Shown here: positions 1 through 8,173 of the stretch, in pieces
How the letters are laid out: each line of letters begins with the position of its first letter
Position numbering within the stretch: the first letter of the stretch is position 1
Source: an uncultured Erysipelotrichaceae bacterium
Lineage (GTDB): Bacteria; Bacillota_I; Bacilli_A; RF39; UBA660
Assembly: GCA_902773365.1 (NCBI GenBank)
Contig: CACYEG010000033.1
Span: 1 to 32,337 of the forward strand
Length of the DNA stretch: 32,337 bases
Direction: 5' to 3'
The notes under the pieces: model-generated
What the model saw: only the letters and a program-made list of their open reading frames with translations
Database searches by the model: none
What the model was told of the DNA's origin: nothing
Position numbers and translations under genes: made by a program

Positions 1-147
1 ACTTAAATAGTTGCTCATTTTAGAACAATACGATGAATTGAATGAAGAATAAGTGAATGTATTAGCTTTGCTAGAATAATATCTAGCAGTACTACTTATG
101 GCTTCTCTTTTTTTATCTAATTCAGTCATATCTACTAAAATTGCCAT
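1..147 (-). CDS. hypothetical protein, first 49 codons only (gene runs off the left edge of the window)
   Basis: Not in the ORF track because it is too short. ATG at 147..145 is preceded by GGAGG (155-159, 7-nt spacer) on the minus strand. The frame stays open to base 1 (MAILVDMTELDKKREAISSTARYYSSKANTF...). No family recognised. Confidence 0.3.
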   Translation of the reverse strand, partial: MAILVDMTELDKKREAISSTARYYSSKANTFTYSSFNSSYCSKMSNYLS

Positions 148-221
148 AAGTATTCCTCCTATTATATCTTGCATAATATCTATTATCTGAATTATATCAC
201 AGAGATAATATTCAATCAATT

Positions 222-246
222 AAAAAGCTTCCTTAAAGGAAGACTT
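222..246 (-). terminator. rho-independent terminator downstream of mraY
   Basis: The minus-strand RNA directly after the mraY stop (249-251) reads AAGUCUUCC-UUUAA-GGAAGCUU, followed by UUUUUAAUU. The stem is 8 bp with one bulged base. Confidence 0.5.
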
Positions 247-248
247 TT

Positions 249-1253
249 CTATAACCATACACCGTAAATAATTCCTAACATTGCCAAGATAAAGCCAACT
301 GCCCAGAAGGCTCTTACAATGTCAGTTTCGCACCATCCCATTTTTTCAAAATGATGATGTAATGGTGCCATTTTAAATACTTTTTTATGAAATTTTCTTA
401 TAGCGATTACTTGTATTAAACTACTAAGTGTTTCGATGACAAATACTCCTCCTATTAATATGAGTGAGAATTCGTGTCTAGTTAATACTGCAACTGTTGC
501 AAGTGCACCTCCAAGTGCTAAAGAACCAGTATCACCCATAATAACTTTTGCAGGGTGTGAATTAAATAATAGGAATCCACCAAGTGATCCAATAAGGATA
601 AAACAGAATATTGCAATTTCTTGATATCCTGCAAGCCACGTCGTATTCCAGGCAATTAAGCCAAATGCAATAAAGGCAAATATAGAAAGCCCGCTAGCCA
701 ATCCATCTAACCCATCAGTAATATTGACTGCATTTGTAGTCGATACTAATACCAAGAGTATGAACAATCCATAAGCCCACCCCATTGGAATATTGAGACC
801 AAAGAAACTGAATGTCAAATCGCCAGTTCCTCCATAATATCTATAAATAAAATAGAAAACTACTGCAATAATAACTTGAAGTATTAGTTTTTGAATTGAT
901 GTAAGGCCTTCACTACCACTTAATGAATTTTTCCTTTTTAATTTCAAATAATCATCTAAAAATCCAATAACACCATATCCTAAGAATACAAATACTAGAA
1001 TAATTAAATTATGTGTTATTGTTATACTTCCTCTTAAAAGAAGCAGCAAAAGAGCAATTATTGTTGGAATTATAAAGATTAAACCACCTATGGTTGGTAC
1101 TCCACTTTTCTTTTGATGGTTCTCATTCAAATAAGAATTGATTTTTTGTCCAAATTTTAATTTTTTTAAAATAGGTATTATTATAAACCCGCTAATCGAT
1201 GAAATTATAAAACCAAGCATAACTGCTAACACAGTTTTTGCCAATATTAACAT
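249..1253 (-). CDS. mraY: phospho-N-acetylmuramoyl-pentapeptide transferase MraY
   Basis: 334-aa polytopic membrane protein with MraY hallmarks: GFLDDYLKLKRK, NAVNITDGLDGLA, GDTGSLALGG, APLHHHFE. GAGGTG lies 8 nt upstream of the ATG. Confidence 0.95.
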   Translation of the reverse strand: MLILAKTVLAVMLGFIISSISGFIIIPILKKLKFGQKINSYLNENHQKKSGVPTIGGLIFIIPTIIALLLLLLRGSITITHNLIILVFVFLGYGVIGFLDDYLKLKRKNSLSGSEGLTSIQKLILQVIIAVVFYFIYRYYGGTGDLTFSFFGLNIPMGWAYGLFILLVLVSTTNAVNITDGLDGLASGLSIFAFIAFGLIAWNTTWLAGYQEIAIFCFILIGSLGGFLLFNSHPAKVIMGDTGSLALGGALATVAVLTRHEFSLILIGGVFVIETLSSLIQVIAIRKFHKKVFKMAPLHHHFEKMGWCETDIVRAFWAVGFILAMLGIIYGVWL

Positions 1254-1336
1254 AATATATACACCTCGTAAAAATATTATACAACATATAAATAATTATT
1301 ACTAGATAAATCTAATTATAGTAAGAAATCATGGCG

Positions 1337-3244
1337 TCAATTTGACAACAGTAGCTTTACAGTTCCATCTTTCTTAATATATTGGTTTGCACTAGGACTC
1401 ATGTAAATTACGGTATCTCCAGAACCGGAATATTCGACTTTAAAATCTTTTAAAATTTTTCTAGCTTCTTTTTTATCTAATCCCAATACATCAGGTAATT
1501 TTAGATATTCAGTTTCATACCATTCGTATTGTTTTGGCATACCTGTTTCATCTGGTTTAATGTTAAGTACTTCTATTGCACTTTTAAATACATTTTTTGC
1601 AATTGGCGCAGATACTGTGCCACCATATTGTGTAATACCTTTTGGATTGTTAACTGCGACATATACGATGATTTCTGGATCGTTCGCTGGCATGAAACCT
1701 ATAAATGAAACGATATAATTACCTGATAAGTATCTACCATTTTCAACTTTTTGTGCAGTTCCAGTTTTACCACCGACACGATAATTTTCAATATATGCAT
1801 TGTGCCCGGTACCATTTGCCACAACACTTTCTAAAGCAAAACGGACTAGTTCTGATGTTTTACTACTTATGACTTGTTTTACGACTTGTTTTTTATTTTC
1901 TAAAATTGTAGTATTTGTTTCAGGTTCACTAATGACTTTTACTATATAGGGCTTTAATAGTTCTCCGCCATTTATTGCTGCACTTACTGCTCGCGCTTGT
2001 TGTATTGGAGTTACACTTATTCCTTGGCCAAAAGATGTTGTAGCGGTTTCTACTGGCCCCATTTTATCTAACTTGAATAGAATACCAGATCCTTCTCCAT
2101 TTAAATCGATTCCCGTTTTATTACCGTATCCATAATTTCTTACGTAGTTATATAATGTGTTCGTGCCAAGTCTTTGACCTAAAACAACAAAACCTGGGTT
2201 GCATGAGTTTTCCACTACTTCCAAGAAGTTTTCACTTCCATGTCCTCCATGTTTCCAACATTTAATTCTGGCGTTTTCCACTTGTATAGAACCAGAATCA
2301 TAATATCTATCTTCAAAAAGATTTACCTTGTTTTCTTCTATAGCAGCACTCAAAGTAAGAATCTTAAACGTACTACCCGGTTCGTACGTTTTCCATATAG
2401 CTAAGTTTCTGTTGATTGCTTCTATGGAATAATTTTTATAATTATTTGGATCGAAATCCGGACGATTAGCAAGACCTAATATTTCCCCAGTTTTTGGATT
2501 CATTGCAATAATAAGTGCATCTTCTGGAGAATACATACTCATAACATTATCTAATTCTTTCTCAATAGATTTCTGTATATCTAAGTCGATGGTAAGCGTT
2601 ATGTTCATACCGCTTTGCGGTGGCTCATATTTTTCTTCTAACTTTAACCTGTGTCCTTTTCCATCCGAATAATACTTAATCGCTCCATTTACTCCAGTTA
2701 AGTATTTATCATAATATAACTCTAAACCGCTAAGTCCTTGGTTATCGATACCGACATAGCCTAAAACATGTGATAATAAATTATTATATGGATAATATCT
2801 TTTGGATTCTTTTAATAGATAAACTCCATCATAATTTAGTTTGCTGATTTTTTCTGCAACTTCGAAAGAAAGTTGTCTACCCTCTGGGTGAACTCTTTCT
2901 ATTGCAATTTTTTTTGTGACGTGCGCTAGCATTTTTTCATAGTCGACGTTTAGAATATCTGAAATATCTTTGGCTATTTTTTCTTTATCTTTTATTTGAT
3001 TAGGAATAAATACCAAGCTTGTAGTAGTTGCATTTGTTGCAATTACTTTGCCGTTTCTATCATATATTTCTCCACGATCAGCGCTGATGGGTAAGTTTCT
3101 ACTCCATAAGTCATTAGCAAGAGTATTTAATTTATCATAACTAATTACTTCGATATAAAATACTTTACCGATAACAAGTATCATCATCAGTACTACTACT
3201 AAAAATATTATTCTGACTCGTATATTTATTGTATTTTTGAACAT
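1337..3244 (-). CDS. class B penicillin-binding protein (FtsI/PBP2B/SpoVD family) with one C-terminal PASTA domain
   Basis: N-terminal TM anchor and PBP dimerisation region. Transpeptidase motifs STFK (GSTFKILT), SxN (NSCNPG) and KTGTA (GGKTGTAQK). PASTA-like tail (LPDVLGLDKKEARKILKD...). I prefer the ATG at 3244 (MFKNT...) because GGAGG at 3250-3254 sits inside the longer ORF-track start. Confidence 0.92.
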   Translation of the reverse strand: MFKNTINIRVRIIFLVVVLMMILVIGKVFYIEVISYDKLNTLANDLWSRNLPISADRGEIYDRNGKVIATNATTTSLVFIPNQIKDKEKIAKDISDILNVDYEKMLAHVTKKIAIERVHPEGRQLSFEVAEKISKLNYDGVYLLKESKRYYPYNNLLSHVLGYVGIDNQGLSGLELYYDKYLTGVNGAIKYYSDGKGHRLKLEEKYEPPQSGMNITLTIDLDIQKSIEKELDNVMSMYSPEDALIIAMNPKTGEILGLANRPDFDPNNYKNYSIEAINRNLAIWKTYEPGSTFKILTLSAAIEENKVNLFEDRYYDSGSIQVENARIKCWKHGGHGSENFLEVVENSCNPGFVVLGQRLGTNTLYNYVRNYGYGNKTGIDLNGEGSGILFKLDKMGPVETATTSFGQGISVTPIQQARAVSAAINGGELLKPYIVKVISEPETNTTILENKKQVVKQVISSKTSELVRFALESVVANGTGHNAYIENYRVGGKTGTAQKVENGRYLSGNYIVSFIGFMPANDPEIIVYVAVNNPKGITQYGGTVSAPIAKNVFKSAIEVLNIKPDETGMPKQYEWYETEYLKLPDVLGLDKKEARKILKDFKVEYSGSGDTVIYMSPSANQYIKKDGTVKLLLSN

Positions 3245-3430
3245 AAGTTCCTCCATTAAATTATATTATTTTAATGAATATAAATACATAAAAATAGTTA
3301 TATGTTTTCTAAGTATATTTAATAATCAATTTTCTGGTTATAGTAATATTAAATTAGATAAAACTTGTTAATTAGCATTATTATTTTTTTTGAATAACGA
3401 TGTAGTTTCACCTTTTGTATAAATCCAATA

Positions 3431-3460
3431 AAAAAAATAATCTTGTTTACACAAGATTAT
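3431..3460 (-). terminator. rho-independent terminator ending the four-gene SipW-type module
   Basis: Perfect 10-bp inverted repeat (ataatcttgt 3437-3446 / acaagattat 3451-3460) with a 4-nt loop. It overlaps the stop codon (3457-3459) and is followed on the minus RNA by a U7 tract (3431-3437). The stem is AU-rich with only 2 GC pairs, so it is weak. Confidence 0.45.
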
Positions 3461-5976
3461 TCATACATTGCAACAAAGTGCATGCTATATATTATTTCTA
3501 CTTGATCTCCTGGCATATATATTTTATCATCACCATTGTTGTACCATCCTTTAAATGTCTTACCTTCTACTTCTTTTGGTTCTGGTAAAGTATAGAATGA
3601 ATTGGCTTCATAATATTCAGCATTTTTATTTTCGCTTGTAGATACCATCCACATAAAACGTCCATTACTGTTCATTGGAGGTATGACAATTTTTCTATTT
3701 AGGACTCTATCAAATAGACTAATATCCAATAGTCCTTTATGTTGTAAAATCATAGCTTCTCTCATTCTAAAGCCTTTAAAGATATGTTCAGGGAATACAT
3801 GCGACCAATCTTCGTAGTGGAATACATCGCCTTTAGCAAGAAATTCTTCTCTTTCACTAGTCCATTTTAAATTATCATCGAATGTGAACATGTTAGATAC
3901 AACAAGTATTGCATCAGTCGTAAGTATATTGTCTGCAATTACATTGTGATAGAAAGTCGATGATACATGATAATATTTAACTGGACTGTGGATTTCTTCA
4001 ATCTTTTCAACAGTTACAATTTCTATTTCATTATTGTCATTAACCTTAATAACTCTCGTACCAACATGGAAGTTTTCTCTATCCTTTACAGACACATACC
4101 TTTTAGCATCCGCACTGTAAACACCATGAGTACCAACAGTCTTTAAAACTGATCCATCTGAAAAAGTATTAATCTGGTATTCATCTATATCTCCAGCTTG
4201 TTCTATCCATATAGGATATTCTTCTATTACTTGCCCGGTCTGATGACTTATAGCGATTAGCAAATCTTCATACCGTATATCTTCTATTTTTTTACTCGTG
4301 CCATCTGCAAGTCTTATCATAGTTCCTTCAACTAAGCACGTTTGATTATTTGCGGTAGTCGAAGTTGAGACGGAAATATTAGATTCTATATTCCCTGCAT
4401 ATATAGTAAAATTTGCAGTTGTTGTTGATCCACTTTGTAGTCTAAAGAAATACTCTGTACCATTCGTATAAGTTCCACTTGTAGGACTAACTGTTATGGT
4501 ACCATCTAGCTTGTAGTTATCTGCAGTTACAGTTATCGTAGATGAAAATTCTGCTTTATAGTAAATCTTTGTAGAAGTGACATTGTTCCCGTTGACAACA
4601 AGTGCTACGTTGTTGTTATTAGAAGTCAAAGTTAAGTCGTATTCGTATACTAAAGATATAGCGCTTGAAGAAACACAATAAGGATTACTACTGTTACAAT
4701 ATTCTAATCCACTATTTTGAGCGTGATCTTTTCCGTATACTTTGACAAAAAATGTTTTGTTGGCATTCTGTAAAGAAGATTTATTTTCTGTTAAGAATGC
4801 ATTATCTAGAATAAATTCATAACCTGTCGTTGGGGTATTTCCGCTTAATTCGACTGTTTTAAGAGGAGTCGATGTATTAGCACTATCAAATAATGCAATG
4901 TAGTAGTTATCGACATCTGTTCCACCAGAATCGAGTCTTTCCCAGGATACTTTAGTCTTTAATGAATTATTTGATGTATCATATTGTATTTTTTCAAAGG
5001 AAACATTGCCAATCGATACTGGAGTTGTATCTTGTACTTGCGATATTGGCACTGCAATATTAAGTGTACCAATACTCGTTGGATTCATGCCAGATGCTTC
5101 TACGATAATCGATGTAGTTGTTGTATCTTCTGTAAATATTGCACCATCAGATTTTTTTATGCAAACATTATATTGTTCAACATTACTCTCTGGGTCATTT
5201 TCATCTGGAGCTTGAATAGTAAAGCTACTTAGGGCATTCTCATTAGAGTCAACAAGTTGAAAATTAGAGTTACCTGATGTTACAGTAAAAGTCTTGGCGC
5301 TTTTATATGTATTTAATATTTCAAAGTCAAAACAGTCTAGATTCTGATTTTTCAAATCGACACTACTCGTTAATAAAGTTCCATAGAATTGTCCTGTTTC
5401 ATAGACTTCACTACCGACTGTAGCTTCTCCTCCGACTCCAATGGTAGTATTAGGCCGCGACGATTCTACCCTTATTTCTAGCTCGACCGCGAATTTTCTT
5501 ATTTCATCGCTTGCAATTACATCACCTATAGCTAAATCTGAGTTAGTAGTAGTTACAAAAGTATGTGTTATAAAAGCCCCGGCTTCATCATCGCTTGCAC
5601 CTGATATTGTTACTTCTGGAGCTATGTTAAACCCAGTAAATGTATAATCATCGATACTTCCATTATCGAGAGTAACTAAATATGTTGCATAATATGTAAC
5701 TTGTTCAGAAGAAACTGTAAAAGAATAATCTAATGCTATATTGTCATTATTATCTAAATAAAGGCCTTGTCCAGAATTAGCAGGTAACGTATTTCTCCCT
5801 GAGCTATCCACGCTGATATCGGTTATTTTGAGTTTACCAACCTTTCTTGTTGTTATTCCACCACCTATAGTAAGTATCTTATCACTAAATGCAAATCCAA
5901 AAGTCATAAGTACTATTATCAAGCAAAAAAAGAAGGTCAATAATATAAATATTTTTTTGTCGTTATTCTTTTTCAT
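3457..5976 (-). CDS. large secreted multidomain protein: SipW-type signal peptide, TasA-like N-domain, Ig/FN3-like beta region, Hint autoprocessing domain, unknown C-terminal module with a Listeria-Bacteroides-type repeat
   Basis: ATG at 5976 (MKKNNDKKIFILL...) lies 1 nt after the upstream stop, with an AAGGA Shine-Dalgarno. The signal peptide ends in TFGFAFSDKILTIGGGITT, nearly identical to the 187-aa protein at 8222..8785, and the following ~140 aa look paralogous to it. The middle is Thr/Ser/Asn-rich beta sequence with an FN3-like stretch (VSWERLDSGGTDVDNYYIALFD...YEF). The Hint domain starts at CLVEGTMIRLADGT. The C-terminus reads GKTFKGWYNNGDDKIYMPGDQVEI...VAMYE. There is no LPXTG, SLH, LysM or C-terminal TM. 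Confidence 0.85.
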   Translation of the reverse strand: MKKNNDKKIFILLTFFFCLIIVLMTFGFAFSDKILTIGGGITTRKVGKLKITDISVDSSGRNTLPANSGQGLYLDNNDNIALDYSFTVSSEQVTYYATYLVTLDNGSIDDYTFTGFNIAPEVTISGASDDEAGAFITHTFVTTTNSDLAIGDVIASDEIRKFAVELEIRVESSRPNTTIGVGGEATVGSEVYETGQFYGTLLTSSVDLKNQNLDCFDFEILNTYKSAKTFTVTSGNSNFQLVDSNENALSSFTIQAPDENDPESNVEQYNVCIKKSDGAIFTEDTTTTSIIVEASGMNPTSIGTLNIAVPISQVQDTTPVSIGNVSFEKIQYDTSNNSLKTKVSWERLDSGGTDVDNYYIALFDSANTSTPLKTVELSGNTPTTGYEFILDNAFLTENKSSLQNANKTFFVKVYGKDHAQNSGLEYCNSSNPYCVSSSAISLVYEYDLTLTSNNNNVALVVNGNNVTSTKIYYKAEFSSTITVTADNYKLDGTITVSPTSGTYTNGTEYFFRLQSGSTTTANFTIYAGNIESNISVSTSTTANNQTCLVEGTMIRLADGTSKKIEDIRYEDLLIAISHQTGQVIEEYPIWIEQAGDIDEYQINTFSDGSVLKTVGTHGVYSADAKRYVSVKDRENFHVGTRVIKVNDNNEIEIVTVEKIEEIHSPVKYYHVSSTFYHNVIADNILTTDAILVVSNMFTFDDNLKWTSEREEFLAKGDVFHYEDWSHVFPEHIFKGFRMREAMILQHKGLLDISLFDRVLNRKIVIPPMNSNGRFMWMVSTSENKNAEYYEANSFYTLPEPKEVEGKTFKGWYNNGDDKIYMPGDQVEIIYSMHFVAMYE
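3913..4338 (-). other. Hint (Hedgehog/intein-like) domain-coding segment inside the large secreted protein
   Basis: ORF-track residues 562-703. Block A is C-L-V-E-G-T-M-I (Cys codon 4338..4336). Block B is T-x-x-H (LKTVGTHGVY). A block F-like stretch reads VKYYHVSSTFYHNVIADN. The segment ends ILTTD-A, without a terminal His-Asn or a Cys/Ser/Thr +1 residue. Confidence 0.7.
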
Positions 5977-5977
5977 A

Positions 5978-7012
5978 TTATTTATCCTTCGATAGCGTAT
6001 ACCGCCAAGCAATCTTATCATTGATCATCAAAAATGTTGCTTTATCCTTTTCATCGCAAAAATTAATCGGTAATCTAAGTTCACTATGTGCATCCAACAG
6101 CTCATTAAAATTTTTAACTTCTATAATCTGTAAGTCCTCAATAGATGGCATTTTTTTAACAGTAATAATTATCGAATCATAGGTTTTTAATATTTTTCTT
6201 AACTTTTTAATATATTCTAGTTGACTCCTAGCTCTCATAATAAACACTATTACGACAAATATATATGATAGTATTGCAACACCTATAAGTGTAAAGCCAC
6301 CTATTCTAAATAATTTGTATTTTGAATCCTGTAAATAGTATTTATCTGAATTTAATGTTTCTTCTTTCTTTGGGCAATTAATCTCAATTGGCACTTCTAT
6401 AGTAGATTTAGTAAGAGGGATAGTTAAACTTACCTCTTCTTCCTTAATAAAGTCATCTCCACCAAATTCACTATTGATGACATTTTTAACTGTCATATAT
6501 ATCTTTAGAGATCCATTCATAGATAGAGAATATTGTTTTTTAAATTCCATTAGAATATCATTATAGTTTTGATAATCAACTTTGATGTTCTCTTTAATAT
6601 TAACCTCATTTGTATCGCTAAAATTTATTTTCTTTTCGGGTATTAATACATATTCTTTTTGCCAATAGTTATTGTCTTTATCATTTTGTAATTCTGCACT
6701 AATAACTCCTTTGATAGAATAACTATACTCTCCGCTTTTTATATTATCAAAAACAATATTATAGCTTAAATCTACATCGATATTGTCAATTAGACTTGTA
6801 ATATAGACCTTTCCTTTTTCTAGATATGGTGTTTCAAAGAACTTATTTTCCTTGAGGTAAACTTTATAATCGACGTCGCTAGTTTCTTTATAATTAATAG
6901 ATTCAACAAATGTATTTTTATAGCTCTTTTTTAAAAGAACAGCTCCAACTGGCAAAAAGATAATATAGCAAAACAGTAATATTACTGCTATGGCTTTTAT
7001 CTTTTTCTTCAT
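5978..7012 (-). CDS. bitopic membrane protein of unknown function: N-terminal TM, ~230-aa extracytoplasmic domain, C-terminal TM, ~90-aa cytoplasmic tail (architecture reminiscent of DUF5305, unverified)
   Basis: ATG at 7012 (MKKKIKAIAVILLFCYIIFLPVGAVLL) with GGAGG at 7020-7024 (7-nt spacer), overlapping the end of the upstream peptidase gene. Second TM is FRIGGFTLIGVAILSYIFVVIVFIM. The stop lies 1 nt before the next ATG, indicating translational coupling. Confidence 0.8.
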   Translation of the reverse strand: MKKKIKAIAVILLFCYIIFLPVGAVLLKKSYKNTFVESINYKETSDVDYKVYLKENKFFETPYLEKGKVYITSLIDNIDVDLSYNIVFDNIKSGEYSYSIKGVISAELQNDKDNNYWQKEYVLIPEKKINFSDTNEVNIKENIKVDYQNYNDILMEFKKQYSLSMNGSLKIYMTVKNVINSEFGGDDFIKEEEVSLTIPLTKSTIEVPIEINCPKKEETLNSDKYYLQDSKYKLFRIGGFTLIGVAILSYIFVVIVFIMRARSQLEYIKKLRKILKTYDSIIITVKKMPSIEDLQIIEVKNFNELLDAHSELRLPINFCDEKDKATFLMINDKIAWRYTLSKDK

Positions 7013-7016
7013 AATT

Positions 7017-8162
7017 TTACCTCCTTTCAAAAAGTTCATGAATCCAAACCGTCGGATAACCGGCATTATTTAAGGCATATTTAACTACACCATAAACATT
7101 TTCATTAGTTATATCCAATGCATCAATGGTTTCGTTGTTATCGCCTTTAGTAATAAATGTATAGACTCCTTTATCGTACTTAATTTTAACCACCCTATGA
7201 GTAATGATACCAGTACCAATATCAAAAGCAAGAATGTCACCTTCATTAACTTCACTTGCAAGTACTTTCTCAATTATTACAGCGTCTCCCCTTTTGTATG
7301 TTGGTTTCATACTATTTGAGACAATTGCAATGATGTGATATTTAAAGAACCCGCTTGTTAAGGCTGCAAGTAAAGATACAAACGCAAGCATTATAGCTAA
7401 AACTATTCTTCTTAAAGTTTTTTTTGCCATACGATGATAAGCATCCTTATATTTAATTTCTTTTCTCACTTGGTAATATATAACGAATGGTAAAATCAAA
7501 CTGAATATCGCACTCAAATAATCTCCTATTGCTGGTAAAAATGGCATAAAATAGGCATATAATTCGATTACTAACCTATAAATTAGAGATGGTGCAAAGC
7601 TTACATTATAAGTTACATATGAGTACATAGACTCATTTGCAATAATAGGAACAATAATAGTTGACGTAATGACAAATATGTTTTTGGCATTACTTAAGTC
7701 TTTACCACTAATTCCCATTATTATGTTTAACGCTATATATTCAATAGTCAATATTATTATTTCTTTTTTACTTGTACAGTTTTTTAAAATGATATATCTA
7801 AAAATTTCCATACATGTAAAAATGATTACATATGGATATATATTTTTTAAAATAACTAGGATATTGTTATCAAAGTGACTATACCCAAATCCTATAAAGA
7901 AACCCATCAAGTATGTACTGACAAAATACAAAAGCAAAATTGTTACTACAATCTTGATAGTAATCGGCTTTAAGTAATTTTTATCCCTCGAAAACCCAAA
8001 GGTGATATATCCAAATAGTGTAATTAAAAGCCAAAAAATCGTATTTATTATTAGAGAGTACTCCCTATACGATTTGATTGCTATTGCCTTAAACATAATA
8101 ATAAAAATTAATAGTATTATTTCAAAAATGTATACTCTCTTTATATTCTTTTTCATAATCAT
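7017..8162 (-). CDS. ER/archaeal-type (S26B, SipW-like) signal peptidase I fused to an N-terminal ~8-TM domain of unknown function
   Basis: The C-terminal ~135 aa (about 7017-7421) hold a TM anchor and then IVSNSMKPTYKRGD (Ser box, Ser codon 7313..7311), GIITHRVV (His box) and TKGDNN. This is the Ser/His pattern of SipW/Sec11-type peptidases, not the Ser/Lys pattern of LepB. Upstream are ~250 aa of about 8 hydrophobic helices. The start is uncertain (ATG at 8162 or 8156). The ORF-track start at 8204 lies inside a hairpin, and no good SD is visible. Confidence 0.8.
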   Translation of the reverse strand: MIMKKNIKRVYIFEIILLIFIIMFKAIAIKSYREYSLIINTIFWLLITLFGYITFGFSRDKNYLKPITIKIVVTILLLYFVSTYLMGFFIGFGYSHFDNNILVILKNIYPYVIIFTCMEIFRYIILKNCTSKKEIIILTIEYIALNIIMGISGKDLSNAKNIFVITSTIIVPIIANESMYSYVTYNVSFAPSLIYRLVIELYAYFMPFLPAIGDYLSAIFSLILPFVIYYQVRKEIKYKDAYHRMAKKTLRRIVLAIMLAFVSLLAALTSGFFKYHIIAIVSNSMKPTYKRGDAVIIEKVLASEVNEGDILAFDIGTGIITHRVVKIKYDKGVYTFITKGDNNETIDALDITNENVYGVVKYALNNAGYPTVWIHELFERR

Positions 8163-8173
8163 CACTAGTAATT

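Noticed and set aside
3913-4338. Reading the Hint segment as a canonical self-splicing mini-intein.
   Set aside because: There is no terminal His-Asn followed by a Cys/Ser/Thr +1 residue. The HN present is the block F HN-x-x-A-x-N element, and the domain ends ILTTD-A. The flanks do not look like two halves of a conserved host protein. A cleavage-only Hint (Hedgehog, BIL or polymorphic-toxin type) fits better.
7422-8162. Assigning the N-terminal ~8-TM domain of the peptidase fusion as a CPBP/Abi (CAAX-type) protease or an exosortase.
   Set aside because: Only a single E-x3-R-like element (MEIFRY) is visible. The paired His motifs of CPBP proteins and the Cys/Arg/His set of exosortases are not apparent by eye. 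It is left as unknown.
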